Shown: positions 29,025 through 42,149 of the stretch, piece after piece
Numbering within the stretch: the stretch's first letter is position 1
Layout of the letters: the number at the start of each line of letters is the position of its first letter
Assembly (NCBI GenBank): GCA_963848295.1
Contig: CAWKDB010000010.1
Span: 2,176,001-2,240,000, forward strand
DNA length: 64,000 bases
Reading direction: 5' to 3'
DNA from: an uncultured delta proteobacterium
GTDB lineage: Bacteria; Myxococcota_A; Polyangia; Haliangiales; Haliangiaceae
Notes under the pieces: model-generated
Databases searched by the model: none
Told to the model about the DNA's origin: nothing
Seen by the model: the letters and a program-made list of their open reading frames with translations, nothing else
Translations under genes and position numbers: made by a program

Positions 29025-30514
29025 AGATTCTCGAGCGTCAGCGCCACGGTGACGTGCGCCTTGGCGCCCGCGAGCTTCGGTAGCGCGAGCGTGGACACGA
29101 CGCTCGCGATGCAGCTACCGAGCGCCTGGTCGACGCCGGTGACCTTCGCGTTCGAGACCTTGCCGGAGCTGGCGATGTCGAACGCCACTTCCGGCTTCGC
29201 ATCGAGCGCGGGCGTCGTCGCGAGCGCTGTGGTGTAGCAGGCTAGCAGCGCGGGGTGATGGCTCGCGAGCGCGGTGCGAAGTGGACTGTTCGGGACGTCG
29301 CCGCCTTCGATCTTCGGGCGACCGAAGTGCGCGGTCGGAATGCGATGACCGCGGAGCGCGAGCTGATCGAGCGGCGGAAACATGCCGAGGCCGACCTCCG
29401 CGACGCCGGCGGCTTCGAGCGCGACGAGGGCATCGACGAGCTCTTGCGCGTCGACATCGCCGTCGACGAGCACGTCGACCGGCACCGATGCGTCGAGCTT
29501 GCGCTTCGCGCGAGCGGCGGTGATCGCAGCGCCGAGCGCTTTGATGTCGAGCTTGCCGGCGGTGAAGGCGATCGCCGCAGGCACGTCAGGGACGACCTCG
29601 ATCGCGGCGCCGTCGCGCTTCACGCGCACTTCGATCCAGCGTTCGCGATCGTCGCTGGATGCCACCGAGTCGGCGTCGCGCGGCGCCTTGAACGAGATGC
29701 GCAGCGCGCGGACCGAACCGTGTTGATTTACCGCGATCACGCCATCGGACAGGCCGATCGCCTTGATCAGGTTCGTCGCCTTCATCGTCGGCGAGGCGAG
29801 CAGCACGGCCCGCTCCCGGTTCAGGCTATCCGCCGCCACGATCTCGCCGCCGACGACACTGACCCGATCCGGCGAGGTGCCCGCGGGTGGCGCGGTCGTG
29901 CCCCAGCCGGTGCTCTTGTTCGAACCCACGAGCGATGCAAATGCGCCCGTGCGGCGGGCGGCGCTATGGGCCATCTTGGCCTTGTTCGCGCCGTCCTTCT
30001 TGCCCATCTTGCCTTCGTCGAGCGCCATCGCGGTGCCGGTCCCGCCGCTCTCTTCGTTGCCGTCGTCAGGCTTGTCCTCGTCGGGCGGCGGCGGCGGATC
30101 GTCTTGGTTCGCGGCGCCATGGCGCGTCGCGGTGTCCTCGACCGCGCCGAGGTCGGCCTTGCCATTGCTTGCGACGACCACATCGGCACCTTGAAGCTCG
30201 GCCATCTTCGTCGAGGGCTCGAGATTTTCGTAGCTGATCGACTTCGCAGACTTGGCCAAGTCGGGCGATGCGAGTCGCGCCCACGAGCTCGGCGGCACTG
30301 CGATCTTCGCGCCGGTATCGTCGACAAACGCGACGATCGCGACGTGCGGATCGTTCGTCATCACGGCAGACGCATCGTCGACGGTCGGCAGCGCGATCGC
30401 ACCGGCCTTCGGCGCCCCGCCACTACCAGCGCTCCCCGGTTGCGGTGCGGTTCCGACGTCACTGCCGCCGTGCGAGCACGCGGCGAACGCTACGAGCCAT
30501 GCGAGTTGCTTCAT
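29021..30514 (-). CDS. Lipoprotein with ExbD-like and AgmX/PglI (TonB C-terminal-like) regions
   Basis: [13 protein letters not shown] lipobox; [21 protein letters not shown]-terminal LLACY...FDIASSGKV...[16 protein letters not shown] overlaps pntB stop (ATGA). Confidence 0.7.
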   Translation of the reverse strand: MKQLAWLVAFAACSHGGSDVGTAPQPGSAGSGGAPKAGAIALPTVDDASAVMTNDPHVAIVAFVDDTGAKIAVPPSSWARLASPDLAKSAKSISYENLEPSTKMAELQGADVVVASNGKADLGAVEDTATRHGAANQDDPPPPPDEDKPDDGNEESGGTGTAMALDEGKMGKKDGANKAKMAHSAARRTGAFASLVGSNKSTGWGTTAPPAGTSPDRVSVVGGEIVAADSLNRERAVLLASPTMKATNLIKAIGLSDGVIAVNQHGSVRALRISFKAPRDADSVASSDDRERWIEVRVKRDGAAIEVVPDVPAAIAFTAGKLDIKALGAAITAARAKRKLDASVPVDVLVDGDVDAQELVDALVALEAAGVAEVGLGMFPPLDQLALRGHRIPTAHFGRPKIEGGDVPNSPLRTALASHHPALLACYTTALATTPALDAKPEVAFDIASSGKVSNAKVTGVDQALGSCIASVVSTLALPKLAGAKAHVTVALTLENL

Positions 30515-31902
30515 GCTTTGAGGGCCGTCACGACCTTTTCGATCGCGTCCTTCGCGTCGCCGAACAGCATCTTCGTGTTCGGCTTGTAGAACAGCGGATT
30601 GTCGATGCCCGCGTAGCCCGCCGCGCGCGACCGCTTGTTGACGATCACGAGCTTGGACTTCCACACCTGGAGCACCGGCATCCCGGCGATCGGGCTCGTC
30701 GGATCGTCCTCGGCGGCCGGGTTGACGATGTCGTTCGCGCCGATCACGATCGCGACGTCGGTGGTCGGGAAGTCGTGGTTGATCTCGTCCATCTCGAGCA
30801 CGATGTCGTAGGGCACGTTCGCCTCGGCGAGCAGCACGTTCATGTGACCTGGCAGGCGACCGGCGACCGGGTGGATCGCGAACCGGACGGTGACACCCTT
30901 GTCGCGCAGGACCTGCGTCAGCTCGCGCACCGCGTGTTGAGCGCGCGACACGGCCATGCCATAGCCCGGCACGATCACGACGGACTTCGATCCGAGCAGC
31001 GTCTGCGCCAGGGTCGGCACGTCGATCTCCTGGACCTCGCGGACCGGCGCGGCGGCATCGGTCTTCTTCTTCGCCGGCGGCGCCGCGCCGAAACCGCCGA
31101 AGATCACGTTCCAGATCGACCGGTTCATCGCGCGGCACATGATGTACGACAGGATCGCGCCGCTCGAACCGACGAGCGCACCGGTGATGATCAACAGGTC
31201 GTTGCTCAACATGAAGCCGGCCGCCGCGGCGGTCCACCCCGAGTAGCTGTTCAGCATCGACACGACGACCGGCATGTCCGCGCCGCCGATCGCGGCGACC
31301 AGGTGAACGCCGAGCACGCACGCGATCGCGGTCGCGGCGCCGAGCGCCCACGTCTGATGATCGCCGCCGAACAGGACGCCGAGCGTGACGATGCCGATCA
31401 ACATCGCCAGGTTGAAGTAGTGACGTGCGGGGAGCAGCAGCGGCTTGCCCGACACCGAGCCGCGCAACTTCAAGAACGCGAGCACCGAGCCGGTCGTCGT
31501 GATCGCGCCGATGATCACGTCGATGTAGACCTCGATGCCCTCCGCGCGACCTTCGATGCCGCGGAGCTGGAGCGAGAACCCCACCAGCACGGCGGCGATA
31601 CCGACGAAGCTGTGCAGCAGCGCGACCAACTCGGGCATCTGGGTCATGCCGACCCGGGTGGCGAGCGTCGCACCGATCAGCGCCGCGATCGCGATCGCGC
31701 CGAACAGCGCGGGGTTGAAGTGACTGCTCGGCAGCGTGAACGTCGCGACGACCGCGATGACCATGCCGACGATGCCGTAGACGTTGCCGCGCTTCGCGGT
31801 CTCCTGGCTGGAGAGTCCGCGCAGCGCGAGGATGAACAACACGCCGGAGACGATGTAGGCGAGCGATGACAGCGCGATGGCGTTGGTGAACTGGAGCTCC
31901 AT
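30511..31902 (-). CDS. pntB: NAD(P) transhydrogenase subunit beta
   Basis: [66 protein letters not shown]. Confidence 0.97.
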   Translation of the reverse strand: MELQFTNAIALSSLAYIVSGVLFILALRGLSSQETAKRGNVYGIVGMVIAVVATFTLPSSHFNPALFGAIAIAALIGATLATRVGMTQMPELVALLHSFVGIAAVLVGFSLQLRGIEGRAEGIEVYIDVIIGAITTTGSVLAFLKLRGSVSGKPLLLPARHYFNLAMLIGIVTLGVLFGGDHQTWALGAATAIACVLGVHLVAAIGGADMPVVVSMLNSYSGWTAAAAGFMLSNDLLIITGALVGSSGAILSYIMCRAMNRSIWNVIFGGFGAAPPAKKKTDAAAPVREVQEIDVPTLAQTLLGSKSVVIVPGYGMAVSRAQHAVRELTQVLRDKGVTVRFAIHPVAGRLPGHMNVLLAEANVPYDIVLEMDEINHDFPTTDVAIVIGANDIVNPAAEDDPTSPIAGMPVLQVWKSKLVIVNKRSRAAGYAGIDNPLFYKPNTKMLFGDAKDAIEKVVTALKA

Positions 31903-31905
31903 CGC

Positions 31906-33504
31906 TTACTTCCTGAACATCGCGAGCATGCGCCGGGTGACGATGAACCCGCCGGCGATGTTGATCGACGCGAACAGGGTCGCGACGACCGCAACCCCGA
32001 CCGATGTCGTCATGTGACCCCGACCTCCGAGCAGCCCGCCGACGACGATGATCCCGCTGATCGCGTTCGTCACGCTCATCAACGGCGTGTGGAGCGCCGG
32101 CGTCACGTTCCACACGACCTGGAACCCGACGAACACCGCCATCACGAACACCGTGATGTGCTGGAGCAGCACGTACGTGTCACCCGATGCAGCGGCGTCG
32201 GCCTTGCCGTAGCGCAAGCCGAGCCACACCGCGGCGAGCACGAGGCCGATCACGCTGAGCGCGACGCCTTGCGCCTTCGACGGTGCCCTGTGCGCGGGGC
32301 CGTGGCTCGACTTCGGCGTCGGCAGGCCGACGGTCAGCGGCTTCGGCGTCTCGGCCGGCTTCGCCGCGACGGGCGCGGGCGCGGCCTTGTGCGGCATCGG
32401 CGGTGCAGGCCACTTCTTGTCGCCGGCTTGCAGCACGAGCGCCGGGCGAATCGCATCGTTGTCGAGATCGATCTTCCAGCCGGTCGCGCCGCCCATCTCG
32501 TCGAGGAAGTGCAGCAAGTTCATGCCGTACAGATCGCTCGCCACCGACGCCATCCGGCTCGGCAGATCGGTGTAGCCCACGATCGACACGCCGTGCTCGA
32601 CCACGACCTCGCCCGGCACGGTGTATTCGCAGTTGCCGCCCTTTTCGGCGGCGAGGTCGACGACGACCGAGCCCGGCTTCATCAGCTCGACCATGTCCTT
32701 CAACCACAGCTTCGGCGCGGGCTTGCCCGGGATCAGCGCGGTCGTGATCACGATGTCGACTTCTTTGGCTTGCGCGCGGAACAGCGCGTACTCGGCGTCG
32801 AGGAACTCCTGGCTCATTTGCTTGGCGTAGCCACCCGCGCCGTCGCCCGATTCCTTGATGGTGACGGTCAGGAACTCGCCGCCGAGCGACTTGATCTGCT
32901 CTTCGACCGCGGCGCGCACGTCGAACGCGCGCACGATCGCGCCGAGACCCTTCGCCGCGCCGAGCGCCGATAACCCGGCGACCCCCGCGCCGATGATCAG
33001 CACCTTCGCCGGCGGGACCTTGCCGGCGGCGGTGAACTGTCCGGTGAAGAAGCTGCCGAACCGGTTCGCGCCCTCGAGCACGGCGCGGTAACCGGAGATG
33101 TTCGCCATCGACGACAGCGCGTCCATCTTCTGCGCGCGGCTGATCCGCGGCACGCAGTCCATCGCGAGCACCGTGAGCTTGCGCGCGGCGAGCTGGGCGA
33201 CGAGCGCTTCATTCTCCGCCGGAAACAAGAACGAGATCAGCGTGCCGCCTTCGCGCAGCTGATCGACCTCTTCGGGCTCGGGCGCGCGCACCTTGAGCAC
33301 GATGTCGGCGTGCCAGGCGGCGGCGCGCTCGGCGATCGTCGCCCCGGCCGCGACGTACATCGCGTCGGTGAAGTTCGCGGCGAAGCCCGCATCGTGCTCG
33401 ACCGCGACCTGCCAACCCGCCTTGACCCATTTCGCGACCACGTTCGGCGATGCCGCGACGCGCCGCTCTTCCCGCTTCGTCTCTCTAACGATGCCTAACT
33501 GCAT
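31906..33504 (-). CDS. pntA: NAD(P) transhydrogenase subunit alpha (single-chain form)
   Basis: [42 protein letters not shown]; start moved to ATG 33504. Confidence 0.96.
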   Translation of the reverse strand: MQLGIVRETKREERRVAASPNVVAKWVKAGWQVAVEHDAGFAANFTDAMYVAAGATIAERAAAWHADIVLKVRAPEPEEVDQLREGGTLISFLFPAENEALVAQLAARKLTVLAMDCVPRISRAQKMDALSSMANISGYRAVLEGANRFGSFFTGQFTAAGKVPPAKVLIIGAGVAGLSALGAAKGLGAIVRAFDVRAAVEEQIKSLGGEFLTVTIKESGDGAGGYAKQMSQEFLDAEYALFRAQAKEVDIVITTALIPGKPAPKLWLKDMVELMKPGSVVVDLAAEKGGNCEYTVPGEVVVEHGVSIVGYTDLPSRMASVASDLYGMNLLHFLDEMGGATGWKIDLDNDAIRPALVLQAGDKKWPAPPMPHKAAPAPVAAKPAETPKPLTVGLPTPKSSHGPAHRAPSKAQGVALSVIGLVLAAVWLGLRYGKADAAASGDTYVLLQHITVFVMAVFVGFQVVWNVTPALHTPLMSVTNAISGIIVVGGLLGGRGHMTTSVGVAVVATLFASINIAGGFIVTRRMLAMFRK

Positions 33505-33580
33505 GCGGCGCCCGGAGGTTGCCAAACCGCGGGAAGAAGCGAAAGGGCCGGGCCCGGAAACCTCGTGATCGGTTACGTTC

Positions 33581-34525
33581 TTGCCGGTGCAGCCGCTCGT
33601 GATCGCGGGCGTGGTCATTCACCGCGTGGTCGTGCCTCACCCGCTGCTCGGCCTCGCCCACGAGCTCGAGCACCGCGGTGTGATCGCGACCGCGATGTCC
33701 GCGATCGATTGGGATCGACCGACCCAGATTCCGACCGTCGCCGAGCCGGGCAAGCTGCCGCCGGGCTCGGGCGGCGCGATCCTCAACGCGATCGCGGCGC
33801 GCGCCGTCGCGGCCGGCGTTCCGGCGCTGCGCTACGCGGGGCCGTATCCGACCGCGGCGCTGTGGCGAGCGCTGGCGCGATCGTTTCACACCGACGCCGA
33901 CGAGGCGGCGTTCACCGCCGATGCGCTCGGCCGCGCGCTGCGCTTGGCTCGCGACGAGCTGCCGATCGAGTTTCGGCCGGCGCCGCACGAGCGGCGCGCC
34001 ATCGCGTGCGGGTTCGTCGAGTGGCGCGACGGTCCGCTGCGCGCGGTGATCGACAACGCGGCGTACGAGCGCGGCGGATCGCCCGCGCGCCTCGTCGCGA
34101 TCGAGACCGGCTGGGCGGCCGAGCTGTGGTTCGGCGATGCCGCGTGGAGCCGAGTCGCGGAGCTCGGCGAGGATGGCGCGCTCGTCGCGGGGCCGTGGCC
34201 GATCGAGCGGGTCGCGAGTGACGTCGTCGGCCGCGAGTTTCCTGTCGCGTTGCGCGCCGCGCTCGCCGAGCTCGTCTCCGACGCGGTCCCCGCGGTGCTC
34301 GCCGCCGATGCACGTTCCGCGATCGCGGACCGGCCGATCGTCTGGGCGGATCTCGGAGCGCGCACCGCCCGCGCTCGCCCTGAACGCGGCGGTTTCGAGG
34401 TTCACGCCGCGTTGTGGGTGCGAATTGCCCCACTCGGCCTCGCTCGGCTCGCACTTGCGATCGCGGAGGCGCTCGCACCGATCGTCGCGAGCGCGCTGGT
34501 CGCCGAGATCACCGCGCCTGCGTGA
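33581..34525 (+). CDS. Hypothetical protein
   Basis: Host-like codon usage; divergent from pntA; no family recognised; start uncertain. Confidence 0.65.
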   Translation: MPVQPLVIAGVVIHRVVVPHPLLGLAHELEHRGVIATAMSAIDWDRPTQIPTVAEPGKLPPGSGGAILNAIAARAVAAGVPALRYAGPYPTAALWRALARSFHTDADEAAFTADALGRALRLARDELPIEFRPAPHERRAIACGFVEWRDGPLRAVIDNAAYERGGSPARLVAIETGWAAELWFGDAAWSRVAELGEDGALVAGPWPIERVASDVVGREFPVALRAALAELVSDAVPAVLAADARSAIADRPIVWADLGARTARARPERGGFEVHAALWVRIAPLGLARLALAIAEALAPIVASALVAEITAPA

Positions 34526-34555
34526 TAGATTTTCGAGACGCTTGGGAGGATCTCG

Positions 34556-34984
34556 ATGATTCGCCTTGTCTCGATCGCGATCCGTGTCGCGCTCGCCGCG
34601 GCAGCCGTTTCAGCGACCGATTGTGGCCCAGCCGCACCTGCGGAGAACCATGCGGCGCGCAACGGCTACGGCTATCTCGGCGAACGCGTCGTCCACGGCG
34701 GCGGCCAAGAGGTCCACGAGGCGATCGCCGGCCTGCGCGAAGATGGATCCTTCACGTCGATCATGCTCGTGGTCGAGGACGCGCCGGTCGAGATGGATCG
34801 CGTCGTGCTCACGTTCGCCGATGGCCAGAAGCAGGAGGTCGGCACGCGCCTCGTGTTCGGCGCCGATTCGCCTTCGCGCGAGATTCCGCTCGAGGGTGGC
34901 GCGCGCCACCTGCGCCGCGTCGACTTCGTCCTCAACAACTTGCCGGGCGACGGTCACGCCAAGGTCGAGCTCTGGGGACGCTGA
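34556..34984 (+). CDS. Exported hypothetical protein (DUF2541-like beta-sandwich)
   Basis: Signal peptide; LGERVV...VVLTFADG...SREIPLEGGARHLRRVDF...VELWG. Confidence 0.65.
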   Translation: MIRLVSIAIRVALAAAAVSATDCGPAAPAENHAARNGYGYLGERVVHGGGQEVHEAIAGLREDGSFTSIMLVVEDAPVEMDRVVLTFADGQKQEVGTRLVFGADSPSREIPLEGGARHLRRVDFVLNNLPGDGHAKVELWGR

Positions 34985-34987
34985 GCC

Positions 34988-35719
34988 TCAGGCGGCCGCC
35001 GCCGTCATGCCGCCCGTCGCCGCGAAGGCTTCGGGGTCGAGCTCGAATGTCCACTTGCCGCGGCGAGTCGGCTCGTCGAGGGCGAGCCGGAGCAGCTCGA
35101 GATACTCCAGCCGCGGGATCTCGTAAGCGCCGAACCGCTCGAGGTGCTCGGTGTGGACCTGGCAATCGATCAGGCCGATGCTCCACGCATCGAGCTGGCG
35201 GACACACGCGACGTACGCGATCTTCGACGCATCGGGTGCGCGCGCGAACATCGACTCGCCGAAGAACGCCGCGCCGAGCGAGACGCCGTACAGCCCGCCG
35301 ACGAGCTCGTCGCCTCGCCATGCTTCGACCGAATGGGCGAACCCTAGCTCGTGCAACTTCGTGTACGCGTCGACCATCTCGGGGATCAGCCACGTGCCGC
35401 TCTGACCCGGTCGTGGCACCTGCGCACAGCCGCGGAGCACGTCGCCGAATGCGGTGTCGAGCTTGAGCTCGTAGGGACGGCGCTTGATCGCCTTGCGCAA
35501 GCTGCGCTGCACCACGAGATCGCGGGTCGTCATGATCATTCGCGGATCCGGCGAGTGCCACAAGATCGGCAGGTTCTCCGCGTACCAGGGAAAGATGCCC
35601 TGCGTGTACGCGAGCAGCAGGCGCTCCGGTCGCAGATCTCCGCCCAGCGCAAGCAGGCCATCCTCGGCCAGGTGCACGGGCGGAAACACGAGACGGTCGT
35701 CGAGCCGGAAAACCGGCAT
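34988..35719 (-). CDS. aat: Leucyl/phenylalanyl-tRNA--protein transferase
   Basis: GLLALGGDLRPERLLLAYTQGIFPW, WHSPDPR, AHSVEAW, GGLYG, FFGESMF, ASKIA, IDCQ. Confidence 0.97.
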   Translation of the reverse strand: MPVFRLDDRLVFPPVHLAEDGLLALGGDLRPERLLLAYTQGIFPWYAENLPILWHSPDPRMIMTTRDLVVQRSLRKAIKRRPYELKLDTAFGDVLRGCAQVPRPGQSGTWLIPEMVDAYTKLHELGFAHSVEAWRGDELVGGLYGVSLGAAFFGESMFARAPDASKIAYVACVRQLDAWSIGLIDCQVHTEHLERFGAYEIPRLEYLELLRLALDEPTRRGKWTFELDPEAFAATGGMTAAAA

Positions 35720-35766
35720 CGTCAGAGTCTATCCGTCTGGCGGCTGCGCGGTAGAGTCGGCCGGGC

Positions 35767-38700
35767 ATGAGGCGAGGTGTATGCGTGCTCGCCCTGGCGA
35801 TGGGTTGCACCGGCGTCCAGCAGCGCTTCCCCGTCGACGTGCAGACCGCGGTCGTGCACTCGAACATGCACCGGCTCGAGACCGAGCACTTCATCATCTA
35901 TTACCCGGGCGGGCGTCGTACCGAGATCGAGCGATTTCTCGCCCACGCCGACCATTGCGTCAACATCTTGCGCGACAGCGCGTTGATCCACTCCGGCGCG
36001 TGGGCCGAGAAGATGATCCTCGCGATGCCGGACGTCGCGTTCAACAACGCGTTCGTGTTGCCCGAGCTCGCCGGTTACGAGCCGGTGTCGGTCATCCCGC
36101 TGCACTCGACGCTCGATTTCACGACCGAGTTCGGCCTGCCTCCCGATCCGGCGTACATCGCGTGTCACGAGCTCACTCATTACGTTCATCTGCAACAAGT
36201 CAGCGGGCTGTGGAGCTGGATGAACAAGGTGTTCGGCCATCTGTACACGCCGCAAGATGGTTATGACTCGTGGTTTCTCGAGGGCCTCGCGACCCACTAC
36301 GAAGCCGAGCTGCAACCCGGCGTCGGACGGCCGACCTGGCCGACGTTCACCGGCATGTTCGCGGCGGCCTACGCGCACGAGCATCTCGACGGCGGCGACT
36401 TGTCGTCGTACGGCCGGCTCGCGTCGGTCGGTCACAACTATCTCGTCGGCGCGATGTTCGTGCGGTTCCTGACCGAGCGCTCCGGCGACGCCGCGATGTG
36501 GCGAACGATCGCGGATCAGGCGCACGCGGTCACCGGCTGGTTTTTCGCGGGTACGTTTCAAGCGGGCTTCGGGGTGTCGTTTCGTCAACTACTCGCCGAG
36601 TTCGACGTGTGGGCCCACAAGACGTTCCCGGCACGCGATCGGCCGGCGACGCAGCACAAGCTCGTGGTCGTCGGTAACGACGCGCGTTACGCACGCGGTC
36701 GCGACGGCACCGAAGCGTGGATCGCCGATGACGTCGACGTGCCGTCGCGGTTGACGGTGCGCGATCCGCGTGGAGTGACGCTCGCGACGGTCTCGCTCGT
36801 CGACGTGCTGCCGCCGCGCGCGTTGGTCCAAGCCGATCCGCTGCTGATCAGCGGCTTGTCGATCACCGCCGACGGCAACGAGGTGTGGTTCACGGTGATC
36901 GATGTCGACTCGACGTTCGAGATCACGCGGCTCGTGCGCTGGCGCCGCGGCGAACGTAACGTGCACGTCATCGTCAGTGGCTTGGGCTCGGGTGCGACGA
37001 TCGATTCGCGCGGCACGACGTACTACTACTGCGAGGTCGACGGCGATCGCTGGAGCCTCGCCGCTTATGACGTCGCGAGCCATTCGCATCGTGTGATCCA
37101 CGCGATGGTGCCCGGGAGCTACGTGCTCGCGGCGCAGATCTCTGCCGATGACAAGCGCATCGTCGCCGACGTGTGGGACGGCTCGCAGTTCGTCGCGTGG
37201 GTGCTCGATGCGACGACCGGCGAGAAGCAGCGCGAGATCCGGGCGCGGGACACGCTGCCGGTGTGGGACGCGAGCTTCACGAGCGACGGCCGCGTGATGT
37301 GGCTCGGCGTCTCGGCCGGTCGCTTTCAGGTCACGATCGAAGGCGCGATCGTCAGCGATGCGCCGTACAGCGCGCTCGCTCCGCGCGAGGCGAATGGCAC
37401 GATTCGCTTTCTCGATCGCGAAGGCTGGGAGTGGGAGCTCGCCGAGATCGCCGCGCCGGTCGAGCCTGTTGGCGCCGGCGCACCCGTCGATCGAACGGCC
37501 CAGCCGTCCGGCGGATCGGCCGATCCGGTCGTGGCCGTGCCGTCGGCGAGCGTGGCGATCCTATCGGACAAGCCGTACAGCCCGTTCGAGCGCCTGTTCG
37601 TGCCGGACTTGCGATCGCCGACGTTGCTGTTCCTCGCCGCCAACGTCCCGCATCTCGGGTTCGTGATCGGCGGCGGCGATCGCCTCGGTTTTCAGCGCTG
37701 GAGTCTCGCCGGATATTGGCAGCCCGCGATCGGTGCAGCCTCGACGAAGGAGCACTTCGGCGGCGACGTCTCGTACCTCAACACGATGCTCGCGCCGTGG
37801 CAGCTCGTCGCGGACGCGAGCATCATCGACTGGGTCGATCCGATCTACAGTGATACGTCCGACGCCAAGCCGATCCCCGACGAGCGCCGCACCCGCGGCG
37901 TGACCCTGTCGGCGGTCCGCACGTTCCGCGATCAGCTCACCGTCGCGGTCGAAGGCATCTACACCGACGACACCGACGCACCATCCGGTCAGCCGTCGCT
38001 GCGCCGTCACCTCGGCGGCCCGAGCTTCACGCTCGACTGGGTCTCCGGCGAATCGACCCGCTACACCGGGTTGCGGCGCGCGTTGCTGGTGTCGGCCGAC
38101 GCCGGGTATTACCCGGCCGCGCTGTCGACGTTCGAGCAGCCGCTCGTCGACGTCGGCGGATCGATCGGCGCGATCGTGCCGCTGCCGTTCGGTCGGCGCC
38201 ACACGTTGTCGATCTCCGTGCGCGGCCGAGAGCTCGTCACCCACGATCAGACCGGTTTGCTCCAGCTCGGCGGTGACTCCGGCTACCTCACGCTATGGAA
38301 TCGCACATCGTCCGCGATGACGCCGCCGAAGTTCGATGACAGCCGGTTCCCGCCGAACTTGCAGTTCGTCGAACCGTTGCGCGGCTACGAGGACTACGCG
38401 ATCACGACCGATCGCATCGAAGCGACCGACGTCTCGTGGCGTTATCCGTTGATCATCGACCGTGGCGTCGCCGCGACCGCGAACAAGCTCCCGGCGTCGT
38501 TCGTCAGCGAGATCGACTTCGAGCTGTTCGGCTCGGGCGCTCGCGATAGCGCCGGCAGTCTCCACGCCGCGACGGGCTTCGCCGCGACGCTCGAGATCCA
38601 GGTGCTGCGCATCCCGATGCTCGTCACCTATCAGATCGCCCGCCGGCTCGAAGACGATCACGCGATCACGCAGCTGTTCGGGATCGCGCCGAACATCTAA
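35767..38700 (+). CDS. Large lipoprotein: gluzincin-like metallopeptidase domain + beta-propeller + probable Omp85-like barrel
   Basis: AMGC lipobox; HELTH...WFLEGLA; ITADG/ISADD/FTSDG propeller repeats; C-terminal amphipathic strands with LRGY motif. Confidence 0.7.
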   Translation: MRRGVCVLALAMGCTGVQQRFPVDVQTAVVHSNMHRLETEHFIIYYPGGRRTEIERFLAHADHCVNILRDSALIHSGAWAEKMILAMPDVAFNNAFVLPELAGYEPVSVIPLHSTLDFTTEFGLPPDPAYIACHELTHYVHLQQVSGLWSWMNKVFGHLYTPQDGYDSWFLEGLATHYEAELQPGVGRPTWPTFTGMFAAAYAHEHLDGGDLSSYGRLASVGHNYLVGAMFVRFLTERSGDAAMWRTIADQAHAVTGWFFAGTFQAGFGVSFRQLLAEFDVWAHKTFPARDRPATQHKLVVVGNDARYARGRDGTEAWIADDVDVPSRLTVRDPRGVTLATVSLVDVLPPRALVQADPLLISGLSITADGNEVWFTVIDVDSTFEITRLVRWRRGERNVHVIVSGLGSGATIDSRGTTYYYCEVDGDRWSLAAYDVASHSHRVIHAMVPGSYVLAAQISADDKRIVADVWDGSQFVAWVLDATTGEKQREIRARDTLPVWDASFTSDGRVMWLGVSAGRFQVTIEGAIVSDAPYSALAPREANGTIRFLDREGWEWELAEIAAPVEPVGAGAPVDRTAQPSGGSADPVVAVPSASVAILSDKPYSPFERLFVPDLRSPTLLFLAANVPHLGFVIGGGDRLGFQRWSLAGYWQPAIGAASTKEHFGGDVSYLNTMLAPWQLVADASIIDWVDPIYSDTSDAKPIPDERRTRGVTLSAVRTFRDQLTVAVEGIYTDDTDAPSGQPSLRRHLGGPSFTLDWVSGESTRYTGLRRALLVSADAGYYPAALSTFEQPLVDVGGSIGAIVPLPFGRRHTLSISVRGRELVTHDQTGLLQLGGDSGYLTLWNRTSSAMTPPKFDDSRFPPNLQFVEPLRGYEDYAITTDRIEATDVSWRYPLIIDRGVAATANKLPASFVSEIDFELFGSGARDSAGSLHAATGFAATLEIQVLRIPMLVTYQIARRLEDDHAITQLFGIAPNI

Positions 38701-38754
38701 TCCCGGCGCGAGGCGTTGCCGCACCGGTAGCATCTGTGGTGGCATCCAACCACC

Positions 38755-39438
38755 GTGTCCTGGCCGTCTCGCTACCTCCGCTCGTCGATCGGCGGGAAGC
38801 ACGTGATGGCCGTCACCGGCCTGCTCCTGCTGCTGTTCGCGCTGTTCCACATGCTCGGACATCTCCAGATGTTCGGCGGGCGAGACATGTACAACGGCTA
38901 CGCGCACTTCCTGCAGGAGCTGTGGGAGGTCAAGTGGCCGGTGCGGGTCGGGTTGCTCGCGCTACTCGGCATCCACGTCGTCGTCGCGCTGTCGCTCGTC
39001 GCGCGCAACCGGGCGGCGCGGCCAACGCCGTACGCGGTGTATCGCCCCGTCGTGTCGCGCGTCGCGGGACGGACGATGGCGATCTCCGGGTTGGTCGTGC
39101 TCGTGTTTCTGATCTTTCACATCTTGCACTACACGCTCGGCCAGGTTCAGCCCGAGTACTTCCACCAGCTCGACCCCAAAGGCCGTTACGACGCGTACAC
39201 GATGTTCGTGCGCGGGTTCCAGAACCCCGGCATCTACGCGGTCTACCTCGTCGGCATCGGCTTGCTCGCGACGCACCTCGGGCACGGCGCGTCGTCGTGG
39301 CTGCAGTCTCTCGGGCTGCGCCATCCGAAATATCCGACCGACCGTACCGGGCCCTTGGTCTCGCTCGTGTTGTTCGTCGGCTACATGATCCCGCCGACGG
39401 CGGTGTTGATCGGCATCATCAAGTTGCCCGGGGCGTGA
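38755..39438 (+). CDS. sdhC: Succinate dehydrogenase/fumarate reductase cytochrome b subunit
   Basis: [32 protein letters not shown]; first gene of CAB operon. Confidence 0.92.
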   Translation: MSWPSRYLRSSIGGKHVMAVTGLLLLLFALFHMLGHLQMFGGRDMYNGYAHFLQELWEVKWPVRVGLLALLGIHVVVALSLVARNRAARPTPYAVYRPVVSRVAGRTMAISGLVVLVFLIFHILHYTLGQVQPEYFHQLDPKGRYDAYTMFVRGFQNPGIYAVYLVGIGLLATHLGHGASSWLQSLGLRHPKYPTDRTGPLVSLVLFVGYMIPPTAVLIGIIKLPGA

Positions 39439-39439
39439 C

Positions 39440-41362
<1,923 letters not shown>

Positions 41363-41363
<1 letters not shown>

Positions 41364-42148
41364 TGAGCGAAGCGAAGCAGTTGAAGCTCACGCTCCACGT
41401 CTGGCGCCAGCAAGACGCGAAGTCGACCGGTGGGTTCAAGACGTACGAGGTCGCCGGCGTGTCGACCCACGCTTCGTTCCTCGAGATGCTCGATATCTTG
41501 AACGAGCAACTGGTCGCCAAAGGCGAGGAGCCGATCGCGTTCGATCACGATTGCCGCGAAGGCATCTGCGGCATGTGCTCGCTGATGATCAACGGCCGTC
41601 CGCACGGCGGTAACAAGGCGACGACGACGTGCCAGCTTCACATGCGGTTCTTCAACGACGGCGACGCGATCTGGATCGAGCCGTGGCGCGCCGCCGCGTT
41701 TCCCGTGGTCAAGGACCTGTGCGTCGACCGCCGAGCGTTCGATCGCGTGATCGCGGCCGGTGGGTTCATCACCGCGAACGTCGGCTCGGCATGCGACGCG
41801 AATGCGACGCTCGTTCCTAAACAATCCGCGGACGCGGCGATGGATGCGGCGGCGTGCATCGGTTGCGGCGCGTGCGTCGCGGCATGCCCGAACGGCTCGG
41901 CGATGTTGTTTGTCGCCGCGAAGCTGTCGCACATGCATCGCTTGCCGCAAGGTCAGGCCGAGCGCGCGCACCGCACCGATGCGATGGTCACCGCGATGGA
42001 CGCCGCCGGCTTTGGCAACTGCTCGAACCACTACGAGTGCGAAGCCGCGTGCCCGAAGGACATCAGCCGCGACGTGATCGCAGAGCTGAACCGCCAGTAC
42101 GCGAAGTCGCTGCTGTTCGCGCGCGATCGCGTCCACAAAGCCGACTGA
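41363..42148 (+). CDS. sdhB: Succinate dehydrogenase/fumarate reductase Fe-S subunit
   Basis: [34 protein letters not shown]. Confidence 0.96.
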
Positions 42149-42149
42149 T

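Noticed and set aside
29021..32113. 1030-aa ORF suggesting a large fusion overlapping pntB
   Set aside because: Upstream half is an off-frame shadow of pntB in high-GC DNA; the real gene begins at ATG 30514 with a lipoprotein signal
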